DNA of 63,360 bases, the filler included, from Octopus bimaculoides (lineage: Eukaryota), in NCBI RefSeq assembly GCF_001194135.2. It is 4 parts of 4 records of this genome, joined end to end, with 100 filler letters (N's around TTAATTAATTAA, not from the genome) between each part and the next. Parts side by side here need not be neighbours in the genome. Positions count along the whole stretch, not along the records: positions 39,704 to 56,756 come from NC_069003.1; positions 56,857 to 63,360 come from NC_069000.1; 2 more parts are not named here. The stretch is one strand, 5' to 3'. Under the pieces are notes generated by a model that was not told the DNA's origin, did no database searches, and worked only from the letters and a program-made list of their open reading frames with translations. The translations under genes were made by a program, and so were the position numbers. Positions 49,884 to 62,868 of this stretch are shown here, piece by piece (position 1 is the first letter of the stretch; each line of letters opens with the position of its first letter).

Positions 49884-50783
49884 NNNNNNNNNNNNNNNNN
49901 NNNNNNNNNNNNNNNNNNNNNNNNNNNNNNNNNNNNNNNNNNNNNNNNNNNNNNNNNNNNNNNNNNNNNNNNNNNNNNNNNNNNNNNNNNNNNNNNNNNN
50001 NNNNNNNNNNNNNNNNNNNNNNNNNNNNNNNNNNNNNNNNNNNNNNNNNNNNNNNNNNNNNNNNNNNNNNNNNNNNNNNNNNNNNNNNNNNNNNNNNNNN
50101 NNNNNNNNNNNNNNNNNNNNNNNNNNNNNNNNNNNNNNNNNNNNNNNNNNNNNNNNNNNNNNNNNNNNNNNNNNNNNNNNNNNNNNNNNNNNNNNNNNNN
50201 NNNNNNNNNNNNNNNNNNNNNNNNNNNNNNNNNNNNNNNNNNNNNNNNNNNNNNNNNNNNNNNNNNNNNNNNNNNNNNNNNNNNNNNNNNNNNNNNNNNN
50301 NNNNNNNNNNNNNNNNNNNNNNNNNNNNNNNNNNNNNNNNNNNNNNNNNNNNNNNNNNNNNNNNNNNNNNNNNNNNNNNNNNNNNNNNNNNNNNNNNNNN
50401 NNNNNNNNNNNNNNNNNNNNNNNNNNNNNNNNNNNNNNNNNNNNNNNNNNNNNNNNNNNNNNNNNNNNNNNNNNNNNNNNNNNNNNNNNNNNNNNNNNNN
50501 NNNNNNNNNNNNNNNNNNNNNNNNNNNNNNNNNNNNNNNNNNNNNNNNNNNNNNNNNNNNNNNNNNNNNNNNNNNNNNNNNNNNNNNNNNNNNNNNNNNN
50601 NNNNNNNNNNNNNNNNNNNNNNNNNNNNNNNNNNNNNNNNNNNNNNNNNNNNNNNNNNNNNNNNNNNNNNNNNNNNNNNNNNNNNNNNNNNNNNNNNNNN
50701 NNNNNNNNNNNNNNNNNNNNNNNNNNNNNNNNNNNNNNNNNNNNNNNNNNNNNNNNNNNNNNNNNNNNNNNNNNNNNNNNNNN

Positions 50784-50826
<43 letters not shown>

Positions 50827-50869
50827 CATATATTTTTCTCTTTCCTTTCATACATGGAATAATTAATAA

Positions 50870-51212
50870 TGATTACTTAATGATGATGATGATGATGACG
50901 ATGATGATGATAAATATGATGTGATGATGATGATGATGATGGTGAGGATGACGATGACAATGATGAATATGATGATGTTGATGATGATGATGATGACAAT
51001 GCTGATGATGACGATGCTGATGATGACGATGCTGATGATGATGATGAATCCAGCAATAAGCATGATATGCTTCATATATGCCTCACTGGCTTTGGTAATA
51101 TAATAATAATGATGATGTCGCCACAACTGCTGCCACTGCAGACTGCACAGACGTTGATGGTGGTGGTGGTGGTGAGGACAATGATGATGATAGTGAAGAT
51201 GATGGCGTTGGC

Positions 51213-51245
<33 letters not shown>

Positions 51246-51560
51246 CATTATCATCATTACAATGAATGTGATAAAGAGGATTATGATGAGTGTGATGATG
51301 ATAAGGGATGATATTATGATGATGACGATATGATGATTCTGATGATGATGAGAATGCTGTTGATGGTGGTGGTGGTGGTTGTGATGATGATGACAGTGAT
51401 GATGGTAGTGGTGGGGATGGCTGTGATAGAAGAGGCGGTGGTTGTTATTGTCGTTGGAGATGACGATTTTGACGATGATGATGGCGATGGTGGTGATGAC
51501 AATGACAACGACGACGACGACGACGATGATGATGATGACAATAATGCCACAGAAGACACT
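50870..51560. repeat. Compound trinucleotide tract (GAT/GAC/GGT/ATT)n
   Basis: Directly visible; source of the poly-M, poly-D and poly-I ORFs. Confidence 0.9.
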
Positions 51561-51885
51561 GATCATGATGATATCTTCTGCCGAGGTAGCAGGCACATTT
51601 CCATGGCGGCTGGAGCTAAAACATAAATAAACTGGAATCCTTCCAGCATCTTATCAACTTCTAGTTTAGATTCAATCTGAGGGTACCGTGGTACCAAATT
51701 TACTATGGCATCAAACCCTGAATCTGAAATGTTTGCTAATTATATTTTCTACAGGATTTCATGAGCCTCCATTGCAGAGAAAAAGGAAATATAACCTTGA
51801 AGAATGGCAATACGAATTTCGAAAATAAAACAACCAATTCGAGTTAGTAGGACAATTACGGTTGTAAGAACAGAAATATTGATTA

Positions 51886-52203
51886 TGAACGACCATGGGG
51901 TTGTACGTAGAAAGTTACCCTCTGAGGCACAAGTCCGGGCAAGGTTGGTTTGTTTATGGAAGACCAGCAATCACCCATACATACCAGCCTCCCCTCTCCG
52001 CACCACTGATGTTATCCAAGGGAAAGGCAAAGGGGCCGATACAGGTTGGCACCAGTGACGTCGCAACTCATTTCTACAGGTGAGTGAATTGGAGCAACAT
52101 GAAATAAAGTGTCTTGCTCAAGAACACAACATGCAGCCCAGTCTGGGATTTGAACTCACAACCTCACGATCGTAAGCTCGATGCTCTAACCATTGAGCCA
52201 TGC
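51886..52203 (-). mobile_element. SINE family C
   Basis: Reverse complement of the 18228 head (AAAGTGTCTTGCTCAAGAACACAAC...GGGATTTGAACTC...CTAACCATTGAGCCATG). Confidence 0.8.
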
Positions 52204-52395
52204 ACATGAACATACACACACAAATGCATACATGCACACACATATACATACACACACATGCACATATATACTCACACATGTACACACACACATGTACACA
52301 CACACAGACACACACACATGCACACATACAAACACATACACTCACACATGCACATATACACACACATACACACACACACATACACACACACACAC

Positions 52396-52550
52396 GCAAG
52401 CTTCTTTCAGTTTCCATCAATCAGATCCACTCAGACAGCTTTGGTCAGCTCATAGCTATCGTAGAAGACATTTGTCCAATGTTCCAGACGTTGGGATTGA
52501 ACTGAAACCGTCTGGTTGCAAAGCAAACCTCTTACCCACATAGCTATGTC
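52396..52550 (-). mobile_element. SINE family A, diverged
   Basis: GCTTCTTTCAGTTTCC...GGGATTGAACTG...CTCTTACCCACATAGC. Confidence 0.75.
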
Positions 52551-52692
52551 TCCATGCACACACAGACACACACACACATACACTCACACACCTTATCGGA
52601 ATGAGAAAAACAAGAGGAAAAGAAATTTGCTATTTGCAGCATACCTTAGATGATGTGAGGTAAGTAATTATGTTACCATTTTGCTGAGGCTA

Positions 52693-52741
<49 letters not shown>

Positions 52742-52868
52742 GTGTGCATCCACATACATACACACACACATATACACACACTCAGACTCATGTACACACA
52801 CCACATATACATGTTCATATACATATATGTGTTTGCCTGTGTATGTGTATATTTCTCTATACGCATCT

Positions 52869-52913
<45 letters not shown>

Positions 52914-53139
52914 CGCACATAAATATATACACATGCATATACACATACGTACATATAACTATATACATATATAAATATGCTTATATATATATGTATGTCA
53001 TAGTGCCTGCGTATATGTGTATGCATAAGTGCAAATGCACAAAACTTGGGTCACTCTGTTACTTCTGTTAAATATTAATAAAAATATACATATACTCATA
53101 TTTTGAGTTCTATTTTTCCTGTCTGAATCAACATACCTG

Positions 53140-53219
<80 letters not shown>

Positions 53220-53289
53220 CACAGACACACACATATATATATATACATACACACATACACATACCATACACACACCACACACACATACA

Positions 53290-53500
53290 CATGGTCTGAT
53301 CAATAAGTATCTGGACTGTTGCCATAGTAATGAAGCTGAAGCATGCAGAATGAAGCCGCTTGGAACAGATTGACCATGAGCTCTGCTGTGCATGCACACT
53401 AAGTTTTAACATTCTAGCTTACTTCCACTGTTTACAGCAGTGCTTGGAAGGAAGGTGTGTAGTGTGTGATCATTGCATTGACCATGACAGAGAAAGTTGT
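53290..53500 (+). mobile_element. 5' end of a mariner element (TIR, leader, MTEKV start), truncated
   Basis: CATGGTCTGATCAATAAGTATCTGGACT is a mariner-type TIR. ATG ACA GAG AAA GTT at 53484 resembles mariner MxEKxEQR starts. Confidence 0.6.
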
Positions 53501-53519
53501 CATGGCGATACCTGCTCAG

Positions 53520-53882
53520 AGGACATATGGACACGTGGTGCATGTGGAAATGAGGTACATATGGATGTGTGGTACATATGGAAATGAGGTACATATAGAC
53601 AAGTGGTACATATGGACATGTAGTACATATGGAGATGTGGTACATATGGAGATAAGGTACATATGGACATGTGGTACATATGGGCAAATGGTACATATGG
53701 AAATGAGGTACTTATGGACAATAAGTACATATGGGCATGAGGTACATAAGGACATATGGTACACAATGACATGCAGTTCATGTGGACATGTGGTACAGAG
53801 AGACATGAAGTAACTATGAACATGAGGCAGATATGGACATTAGATACATATCAACTTGTGGTACATAAATATATGTGGTACG
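53520..53882. repeat. 17-bp minisatellite, consensus GTGGTACATATGGACAT, about 20 degenerate copies
   Basis: Consecutive units GTGGTACATATGGAAAT, GAGGTACATATAGACAA, GTGGTACATATGGACAT, GTAGTACATATGGAGAT, GTGGTACATATGGAGAT... Confidence 0.9.
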
Positions 53883-54104
53883 GAAGGAAGATAAAAGCTG
53901 GGTAAAAAATAAGAACAGCATGATCCAGGTGAAAGGAACCTGCAAAAGAAAGCTAGGGTCGAAATGGTGAAACTCAACCTCAGAAGGTCGGTCCCCATGG
54001 TAAAGGATCACATCAAGTAGCAATACTCCATGGTAGAGAAGACCTGTCTTACCCAAGCAAGCCTTGGGAAAAAAAAATAAATGAACAAACGATGGGAAAG
54101 GTTA

Positions 54105-54431
<327 letters not shown>

Positions 54432-54835
54432 TCAATATTAATGAAAGCATTAATAAATAAAAGCAAAATGAAGTTTTTTTCTTTACATACATATACATGA
54501 AAAGGGTTAAAGTTTTATCCGATGACGGTGGATTATACATTATGATATAATCTTTTACAACTACATTAAATAGAATTCCACTGAAACAGCTGTCAAGATT
54601 TTAAACACCATTTGTGTTTGCCATTTTATGGTCATGTCGCACCAAGGATCCACTGGTAAGACAGACTGATGGCTACAAATTGGTTTTGGTACTTGCGTAT
54701 CTATGGTATCCTACTAGCACTTGAAGTCTGCCATGTTTTATTTCACTGTGAGTTCTATGTGTTTGTACCTAGCCATTTTCTGGCATCTTACATGTTGATG
54801 TGCCTTGAGTGGCTGTGGGGTAAGTTAGCTTGCTG

Positions 54836-55140
54836 GAGACTTTTTCAACTGTAAGTATGGAAAACAATGAAATTTTGGAAAAATGAAAAGAAAAGTTGTT
54901 TTAAAAGAATATTTGCATAGTATTCAAATACAAGCGGCATCTTCCTTGTTTCTGCTTGTCTCTGTCTCTCTTGTTTACTCGACCTCAAACTCATGAGAGT
55001 AAACAAGAGAGACAAAAACAAGCAGTAACAAGGAAAATTCCCCTTGTATTTGAATACTATGCAAATATTCTTTTTAAAAACTTTTCATGTAGTTTTTCCA
55101 AAATTTAATTGTTTTCCATACTTACATTTGAAAAAGTCTC
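54836..55140. repeat. Long fold-back inverted repeat (~145-bp arms, 16-nt spacer)
   Basis: GAGACTTTTTCAACTGTAAGTATGGAAAACAA...CTCTCTTGTTTACTC (54836-54980) versus GAGTAAACAAGAGAG...TTGTTTTCCATACTTACATTTGAAAAAGTCTC (54997-55140). Confidence 0.92.
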
Positions 55141-55756
55141 AATGACCAAAACCGGTACTGAAATGTTTTTTATAAAATTATTTTAGCATTTTCTACCTTG
55201 ACTTTTTTTCCATATATATATATATCAACTCATGTGTTCCTTTTCGACCTTTATATATTTATATACACAAATGAAGAGGGGTAATTTGAATTACTATCCC
55301 ATGCTACAACCCAAAATCTAACATCAGGAAAATATTCATCAACAGTTTAGCTTCTAAACACCCACAATTACATAACAGTCCCCTAAAATGCATACTGAAT
55401 TAAACTAAAGTTTCCCCTGAGACTTTTGAATAATGCCTCAGGGCTTTGCTTTCTGGCATCCCTGTTCAGCCATCTGAAAAATAATGCCTGCAACCGGAAC
55501 TAACAGTTTCTGCTAATCTGAGATGCTATTTATTCATAAAAACTTACCAAAATGGACATATACAGATGATGCAAAAAACATATTATACTCTCCAGCATAC
55601 AAATCGAATTTTTCAGACCGAAATTTGCAGCCAAAATGGCCAAATTGACTTATACACCAAGATAACTTTGGAGGACCAAAAATTCCATGTGAAATGCAAC
55701 AGGATTTGGGAAGATAGTGGTGGTGTCTGAGTATTTACAATATGTGTTTACCCTAT

Positions 55757-55926
55757 AGGTGCAGGAGTGGCTGTGTGGTAAGTAGCTTGCTTACCAACCA
55801 CATGGTCCCGGGTTCAGTCCCACTGCGTGGCACATTGGGCAAGTGTCTTCTACTATAGCTTCAGACCAATCAAAGCCTTGTGAATGGATTTGGTAGATGG
55901 AAACTGAAAGAAGCTCGTCGTATACG

Positions 55927-55957
<31 letters not shown>

Positions 55958-55980
55958 ATGTGTTTGTGTGTCTGTTTGTC
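55757..55980 (+). mobile_element. SINE family A
   Basis: GGTGCAGGAGTGGCTGTGTGGTAAGTAGCTTGCTTACCAACCACATGG..., near-identical to 6018. Confidence 0.88.
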
Positions 55981-56074
55981 AATCACCACCTTCTTCCAGC
56001 AGGATAAGTGACTTTATGAGAGGATTTTTTGTTGGATTGTTACATTATATTAAGAAGACTGGAACATTTACATA

Positions 56075-56499
56075 TAAACGTATACACACCTACACACACA
56101 CATGAATACAAACAGACATGCACATTCTATCTCACTCATACACATACACACTCACACATGCATGTACATACACACATACATACACTAATCACACTCACAC
56201 ACACACACATGCACAAATTCATGCACACACTCATGCATACACAAACTCACACACAGGCACAAACTTTCACACATGCACACACACACACACACTCATACAC
56301 ATTCGCATACAAACTTACATAAACTCGCATGCATACATGCACACACACACATGCATGCCCACACTTTCATACACACACACAAACTCACACACACACACAT
56401 GTGCACACACACACGCATGCACACACTTTCACACACACACTCATACACATTCACATACATGCATACACAAACTCACACGCGCACACACACATGCACACA

Positions 56500-56536
<37 letters not shown>

Positions 56537-56655
56537 TCACTTTCACACATACACACTCACTCATACGCATTCACATACACACATACACACACACAGTCAT
56601 ACACATTCGCATACACGTGAACACACACACATGTATGCACCCACTTTCACACACA
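56075..56655. repeat. Degenerate (CA)n/(CACT)n low-complexity tract
   Basis: Directly visible; source of the HT-rich ORFs. Confidence 0.9.
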
Positions 56656-56756
56656 AAAATGAAGCAAAACCTGCATGATGGCAGAACAGAATTTGGAAGC
56701 AGAATGCAGAATTCCTTAAAAGAGAATTTTTAAGAAATGCATTTCTTTCGGGGATG

Positions 56757-56856
56757 NNNNNNNNNNNNNNNNNNNNNNNNNNNNNNNNNNNNNNNNNNNN
56801 TTAATTAATTAANNNNNNNNNNNNNNNNNNNNNNNNNNNNNNNNNNNNNNNNNNNN
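56757..56856. other. Artificial scaffold-join spacer
   Basis: 44N + TTAATTAATTAA (56801-56812) + 44N. Confidence 0.95.
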
Positions 56857-57610
56857 TATAAATATATATACATATATATATACACATATATATATATATA
56901 TAGTTTTAGGGAAAAGAACCAAGGTTCATGAACTCATCTATGAAAATCGACTGCTCTTTTGCCTATATTTTATTATGTGAAACTTTTAATTTTTAATAAT
57001 TTGAATTTAATTGAGTTTTTACCTGTAAATTCGGATTTTTATCCCTAGTATATATATGTACATTCATATAAATGCATACAAGTGTAAATCTTTATGCATA
57101 CATCCGTAAATACATACATACATACATATATATATATATATACATACATATGTATATACACACACATACACTCACACATACAGACTCACACACATCAAGT
57201 ATTTATATGTATATGTGTATGTAATGTAGAATGTCTCAGGAATTTCACTATTGTCGATGCTTTTCTATAACACTCTAGACATTATTGATTACCCCAAGAA
57301 TACATTAAAAAAAATATTAAAACCACATACTCCCTATGTAAGAGATATATGGTGGGCATTTTTTAGCGCAGATCGTCGAATCAACCTGATAATTCACAGT
57401 GAACATCGAAAGAATAGTAGAAACTTAGAAAAGGCTAAACTAAAAGATGAAGTTAATTTTTTTCTTAATGATAATAATGATAACCATTGCATAATTTCAA
57501 GTCTCTATATGTATGTAAGCATGTATGTATGTATGTATGTATGTATGTGTGTATGTATGTATGTATGTATGTATGTATGTATGTACATATATGTGTGTGT
57601 ATGTGTGTGC

Positions 57611-57669
<59 letters not shown>

Positions 57670-58331
57670 NNNNNNNNNNNNNNNNNNNNNNNNNNNNNNN
57701 NNNNNNNNNNNNNNNNNNNNNNNNNNNNNNNNNNNNNNNNNNNNNNNNNNNNNNNNNNNNNNNNNNNNNNNNNNNNNNNNNNNNNNNNNNNNNNNNNNNN
57801 NNNNNNNNNNNNNNNNNNNNNNNNNNNNNNNNNNNNNNNNNNNNNNNNNNNNNNNNNNNNNNNNNNNNNNNNNNNNNNNNNNNNNNNNNNNNNNNNNNNN
57901 NNNNNNNNNNNNNNNNNNNNNNNNNNNNNNNNNNNNNNNNNNNNNNNNNNNNNNNNNNNNNNNNNNNNNNNNNNNNNNNNNNNNNNNNNNNNNNNNNNNN
58001 NNNNNNNNNNNNNNNNNNNNNNNNNNNNNNNNNNNNNNNNNNNNNNNNNNNNNNNNNNNNNNNNNNNNNNNNNNNNNNNNNNNNNNNNNNNNNNNNNNNN
58101 NNNNNNNNNNNNNNNNNNNNNNNNNNNNNNNNNNNNNNNNNNNNNNNNNNNNNNNNNNNNNNNNNNNNNNNNNNNNNNNNNNNNNNNNNNNNNNNNNNNN
58201 NNNNNNNNNNNNNNNNNNNNNNNNNNNNNNNNNNNNNNNNNNNNNNNNNNNNNNNNNNNNNNNNNNNNNNNNNNNNNNNNNNNNNNNNNNNNNNNNNNNN
58301 NNNNNNNNNNNNNNNNNNNNNNNNNNNNNNN

Positions 58332-58378
<47 letters not shown>

Positions 58379-58699
58379 CAGATATATATATATACGTATA
58401 CATAACTAAGTAAGATGCTCTCCTGCATAACCTCGCCACCAATCAAATGGCCGATCAAAAATAACTCTAAATCAAAAAGTGAAAAAGAAAACATGCATAC
58501 ATGAAATGCTAGCGATTATGTCGTTCAGATCTGTGATCACGAAAAAGATAAATATCATTAAAGTATCTAGTGAACTTGAAGTGGGATATGAAATATAACC
58601 TAACCCAGATCTCTTCCAAATGAACAATGGGAAATCTCTTTGAACACTGCAACAAAATTAAAAATAGACTAGTTCCTTGGATAGGTCGCATTTGATACT

Positions 58700-59400
58700 T
58701 GAAACGAATATTTCAGACCTTAGTGGGACTAAATCACATTAAAAGTGTGACAGGGAAAACCAAGGTTTATAACAATACATCTTCAATGTTATCTTCATTC
58801 AATCAAGGTGTAAGAATCCTACCGCCACCACGTCATCGAGTACGTGTGATACAGAAGACAGAAATCATCAGCTACATGGCCTACAGCAGATGCAGGCCAT
58901 AAAAAAAATCAAAACCAATGACATTAACCACTTTGTTGCCAACTATAAAAGAATGCCCACTCGATGCTACATATCCATGATACCTGTTGTGGTAGGGAAC
59001 CGAAACAATGTGGAATAGAGTGAAAAAGAAAAAAATTGCAACAAATAAGAACGAGTATATTGAGATCGATGGACTTAAATAATATTGATGGAGCCTAAAA
59101 ATAAAATAAATGTATTGAAACTTAAATCACAACCATCCTGATATTGTTTGAGACGACAAATGAAAACATGCTCGGTTGCTCCAATGAAATCACTGTGGTA
59201 AGAAAAATACAGAAAAAAAATGTTTCTGGACCATTGATGTGGAGATTGAAAATGCAGGATCCACTACAGGATCCAGCTTCATACAAATCATCATAGGAGC
59301 AACAGGATATAAACTTGGATTCTTGGAGAAAGAGAACAAGTCTATAATTACGAGAGAGCTTTTCTGAAAGAGCTTTTTGAAATTTAAAGGATGAACGGTT
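58700..59400 (+). mobile_element. Highly decayed RLE-type non-LTR retrotransposon C-terminus
   Basis: Across shifted frames: NHPDIV, VVRKIQKKNVSGPLMWRLKMQDP, SSFIQIIIGATGY. These resemble RLE motifs NRPDI...KIQEK..NYGPL.R.L..LYP...FIPIIIGALGY. Confidence 0.5.
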
Positions 59401-59457
59401 GCACAGACAATGAAAAAGAGAACAAAATCCTAGCAGGTACGTACACAAACACACGTA

Positions 59458-59495
<38 letters not shown>

Positions 59496-59938
59496 NNNNN
59501 NNNNNNNNNNNNNNNNNNNNNNNNNNNNNNNNNNNNNNNNNNNNNNNNNNNNNNNNNNNNNNNNNNNNNNNNNNNNNNNNNNNNNNNNNNNNNNNNNNNN
59601 NNNNNNNNNNNNNNNNNNNNNNNNNNNNNNNNNNNNNNNNNNNNNNNNNNNNNNNNNNNNNNNNNNNNNNNNNNNNNNNNNNNNNNNNNNNNNNNNNNNN
59701 NNNNNNNNNNNNNNNNNNNNNNNNNNNNNNNNNNNNNNNNNNNNNNNNNNNNNNNNNNNNNNNNNNNNNNNNNNNNNNNNNNNNNNNNNNNNNNNNNNNN
59801 NNNNNNNNNNNNNNNNNNNNNNNNNNNNNNNNNNNNNNNNNNNNNNNNNNNNNNNNNNNNNNNNNNNNNNNNNNNNNNNNNNNNNNNNNNNNNNNNNNNN
59901 NNNNNNNNNNNNNNNNNNNNNNNNNNNNNNNNNNNNNN

Positions 59939-60005
<67 letters not shown>

Positions 60006-60189
60006 TTTATGCTTATATATATGTACATGCATATGTATGTATATATATGTATAAACACACCAGCACCAGTTTCAAGCAGTGGTAAAAGACAAACAAAAAC
60101 ACACACGCACATACATACATACATACATACATACATACATGTGTATGTGTGTGTAGATACACACACACACACATACACACATGCACATA

Positions 60190-60345
60190 CGATGAGCCGC
60201 TTTCGATTTTCTTCTATCAAATCCACTCACAAGGCCGGGACTTTAGTATAAAATACTTTAGTATAAAATACTTGCTCAAGGTGCTACGCCGTTGGACTGA
60301 ACCCGAAACCGCGTGGTTAAGAAGCAAGCTTTTTACTATACAGCT
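60190..60345 (-). mobile_element. SINE family A
   Basis: TTTCGATTTTCTTCTATCAAATCCACTCACAAGGC...GGACTGAACCCGAAACC...CTTTTTACTATACAGC. Confidence 0.75.
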
Positions 60346-61391
60346 CATACGTATTCGTATGTGAGTGAATATATTACATACATATATACGGCGTAATTAA
60401 ATAACGTAATACAGAATAATTAATGATTCTAGTATATAACATTTAGTATATGGATCAACATTTTGTATGCACGCATACATACACACGCATATACATACAT
60501 ACATATACACACATATATATATATGTTAAAGAGAGAGGGAAAGGGAGAGAGAGATTACCAGTGTTAATGGTTAATATATTCTAAGTAATTTTTCATTAAT
60601 TACAAAGTTTCATCTGAGCACGTAATACATCGGAAGTTTATAATGTGCATAATGCGTATATAAGTATATATATATATATATATATATATNNNNNNNNNNN
60701 NNNNNNNNNNNNNNNNNNNNNNNNNNNNNNNNNNNNNNNNNNNNNNNNNNNNNNNNNNNNNNNNNNNNNNNNNNNNNNNNNNNNNNNNNNNNNNNNNNNN
60801 NNNNNNNNNNNNNNNNNNNNNNNNNNNNNNNNNNNNNNNNNNNNNNNNNNNNNNNNNNNNNNNNNNNNNNNNNNNNNNNNNNNNNNNNNNNNNNNNNNNN
60901 NNNNNNNNNNNNNNNNNNNNNNNNNNNNNNNNNNNNNNNNNNNNNNNNNNNNNNNNNNNNNNNNNNNNNNNNNNNNNNNNNNNNNNNNNNNNNNNNNNNN
61001 NNNNNNNNNNNNNNNNNNNNNNNNNNNNNNNNNNNNNNNNNNNNNNNNNNNNNNNNNNNNNNNNNNNNNNNNNNNNNNNNNNNNNNNNNNNNNNNNNNNN
61101 NNNNNNNNNNNNNNNNNNNNNNNNNNNNNNNNNNNNNNNNNNNNNNNNNNNNNNNNNNNNNNNNNNNNNNNNNNNNNNNNNNNNNNNNNNNNNNNNNNNN
61201 NNNNNNNNNNNNNNNNNNNNNNNNNNNNNNNNNNNNNNNNNNNNNNNNNNNNNNNNNNNNNNNNNNNNNNNNNNNNNNNNNNNNNNNNNNNNNTATATAT
61301 ATATATATATATATCAGTATTGCCGATGGTCGTGAACAGTATCAGTAGAGAATAACAATATGTATGACTTACTTAGTGTATGTCCTGTAAC

Positions 61392-61540
61392 AACGCCACT
61401 ATACACCGGTATTCACCTTGAGAAAGCACCTGGTGAAGATGTTTAGTGTTGAAAAGCGCTATAGATTATTCTGTTCTTTTTAGCACTAAACGTCTATACG
61501 CGACGCTTTCTCAAGACGAATATCGCAGTATTATGGCATT
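61392..61540. repeat. Imperfect inverted repeat (~65-bp arms, 19-nt loop)
   Basis: AACGCCACTATACACCGGTATTCACCTTGAGAAAGC...GTTTAGTGTTGAAAAG pairs with CTTTTTAGCACTAAACG...GCTTTCTCAAGACGAATATCGCAGTATTATGGCATT. Confidence 0.75.
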
Positions 61541-61949
61541 CTTACAGTACCTCCACGTTAAGTTGGATGTACTGACTGCTCTCTTTTTCCCTCTCCCCCT
61601 TTCCCCCCTCTCTCACTCTCGTTGTGTGTATGTAGGAAACACGTGTTATGCATTTCCCATGTTTTACGTACTCAGATGTAACCGTCTAATTAATAACAAA
61701 TATTGTAATTACTTGCAGACATCATTAATACATCAACTAAATTAATTAACTTGCAAATAATTGAAAAACACTATTAATGTATGAACAAAACCAATAAAAT
61801 TCAATTGTTTAAATTGTGCAATGGAAGTTTGTGATGCGTAATACAGCCATACATACATACATACATACATACATACATACATACATACATACATACATGC
61901 GTACATACCTGCATACATAAATACATATATGTATTTTACGCCGGTAACG

Positions 61950-62145
61950 ACGACGAGGGTTCCAGTTGATCCAATCAACGGAACAACCTGCTCGTGAAAT
62001 TAACGTGCAAGTGGCTGAACACTCCACAGACACGCGTATCCATAACGTAGTTCTCAGGGATATTCAACGTGACATATAATGTGATTGACCCTTTGAAATA
62101 CAGGTACGACTCATTTTTGCCAGCTGAGTAGACTAGAGCAATATA
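61950..62145 (-). mobile_element. SINE body related to family C
   Basis: GGTTCCAGTTGATCC...CTCATTTTTGCCAGCTGAGTAGACTAGAGCAA shares the CTCATTT..CAG.TGAGT...TGGAGCAA segment with 52068-52100. Confidence 0.6.
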
Positions 62146-62334
62146 TGCATGTAATGATGTCATAAAAATTTACGAAGTCCGAGAGAACGTGAAATAATTC
62201 GTTAGTTAAAGGTGGGACTTGATGTAAATAAAGCTATAAGTACAATAGCGTGCAAAAATTGACTTTATCTATCCAAAAGGTATTTTTAGCCAAATATTTA
62301 CACGCCATTATTTTTCGCTTTATTAATTTTACAT

Positions 62335-62374
<40 letters not shown>

Positions 62375-62430
62375 GCACGTGAATGCATATTGACATATAA
62401 TACGTACTTAGATATGTATTTACACCCCAC

Positions 62431-62476
<46 letters not shown>

Positions 62477-62684
62477 TNNNNNNNNNNNNNNNNNNNNNNN
62501 NNNNNNNNNNNNNNNNNNNNNNNNNNNNNNNNNNNNNNNNNNNNNNNNNNNNNNNNNNNNNNNNNNNNNNNNNNNNNNNNNNNTATATATATATATATAT
62601 TTATGTACATATATATTTTGCAATGTATATATTTCTATATTTTTCATATGCAAACAATAAGCAACTATATTCTTTTCTACTCTA

Positions 62685-62868
62685 GGTACAAGGCCCGAAA
62701 TTTTTGGGGGAGGGTGTCAGTCGACCCCAGTATGGAACTGGTACTTTATTTATCGATCTCGAAAGGATGAAAGGCAAAGTCGACCTCGGCGGAATTTGAA
62801 CGTAGAGACAGACGAAATACCGCTAAGGATTTCGCCCGGTGTGCTAACATTTCTGCAAGCTCGCCGCC
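62685..62868 (-). mobile_element. SINE family B
   Basis: AAGGCCCGAAATTTTTGGGG...AAAGTCGACCTCGGCGGAATTTGAAC...GCTAACATTTCTGCAAGCTCGCCGCC. Confidence 0.85.

Noticed and set aside
53520-53882. 17-bp array as a CRISPR
   Set aside because: Contiguous tandem units without unique spacers, in a eukaryotic context, with no cas genes.
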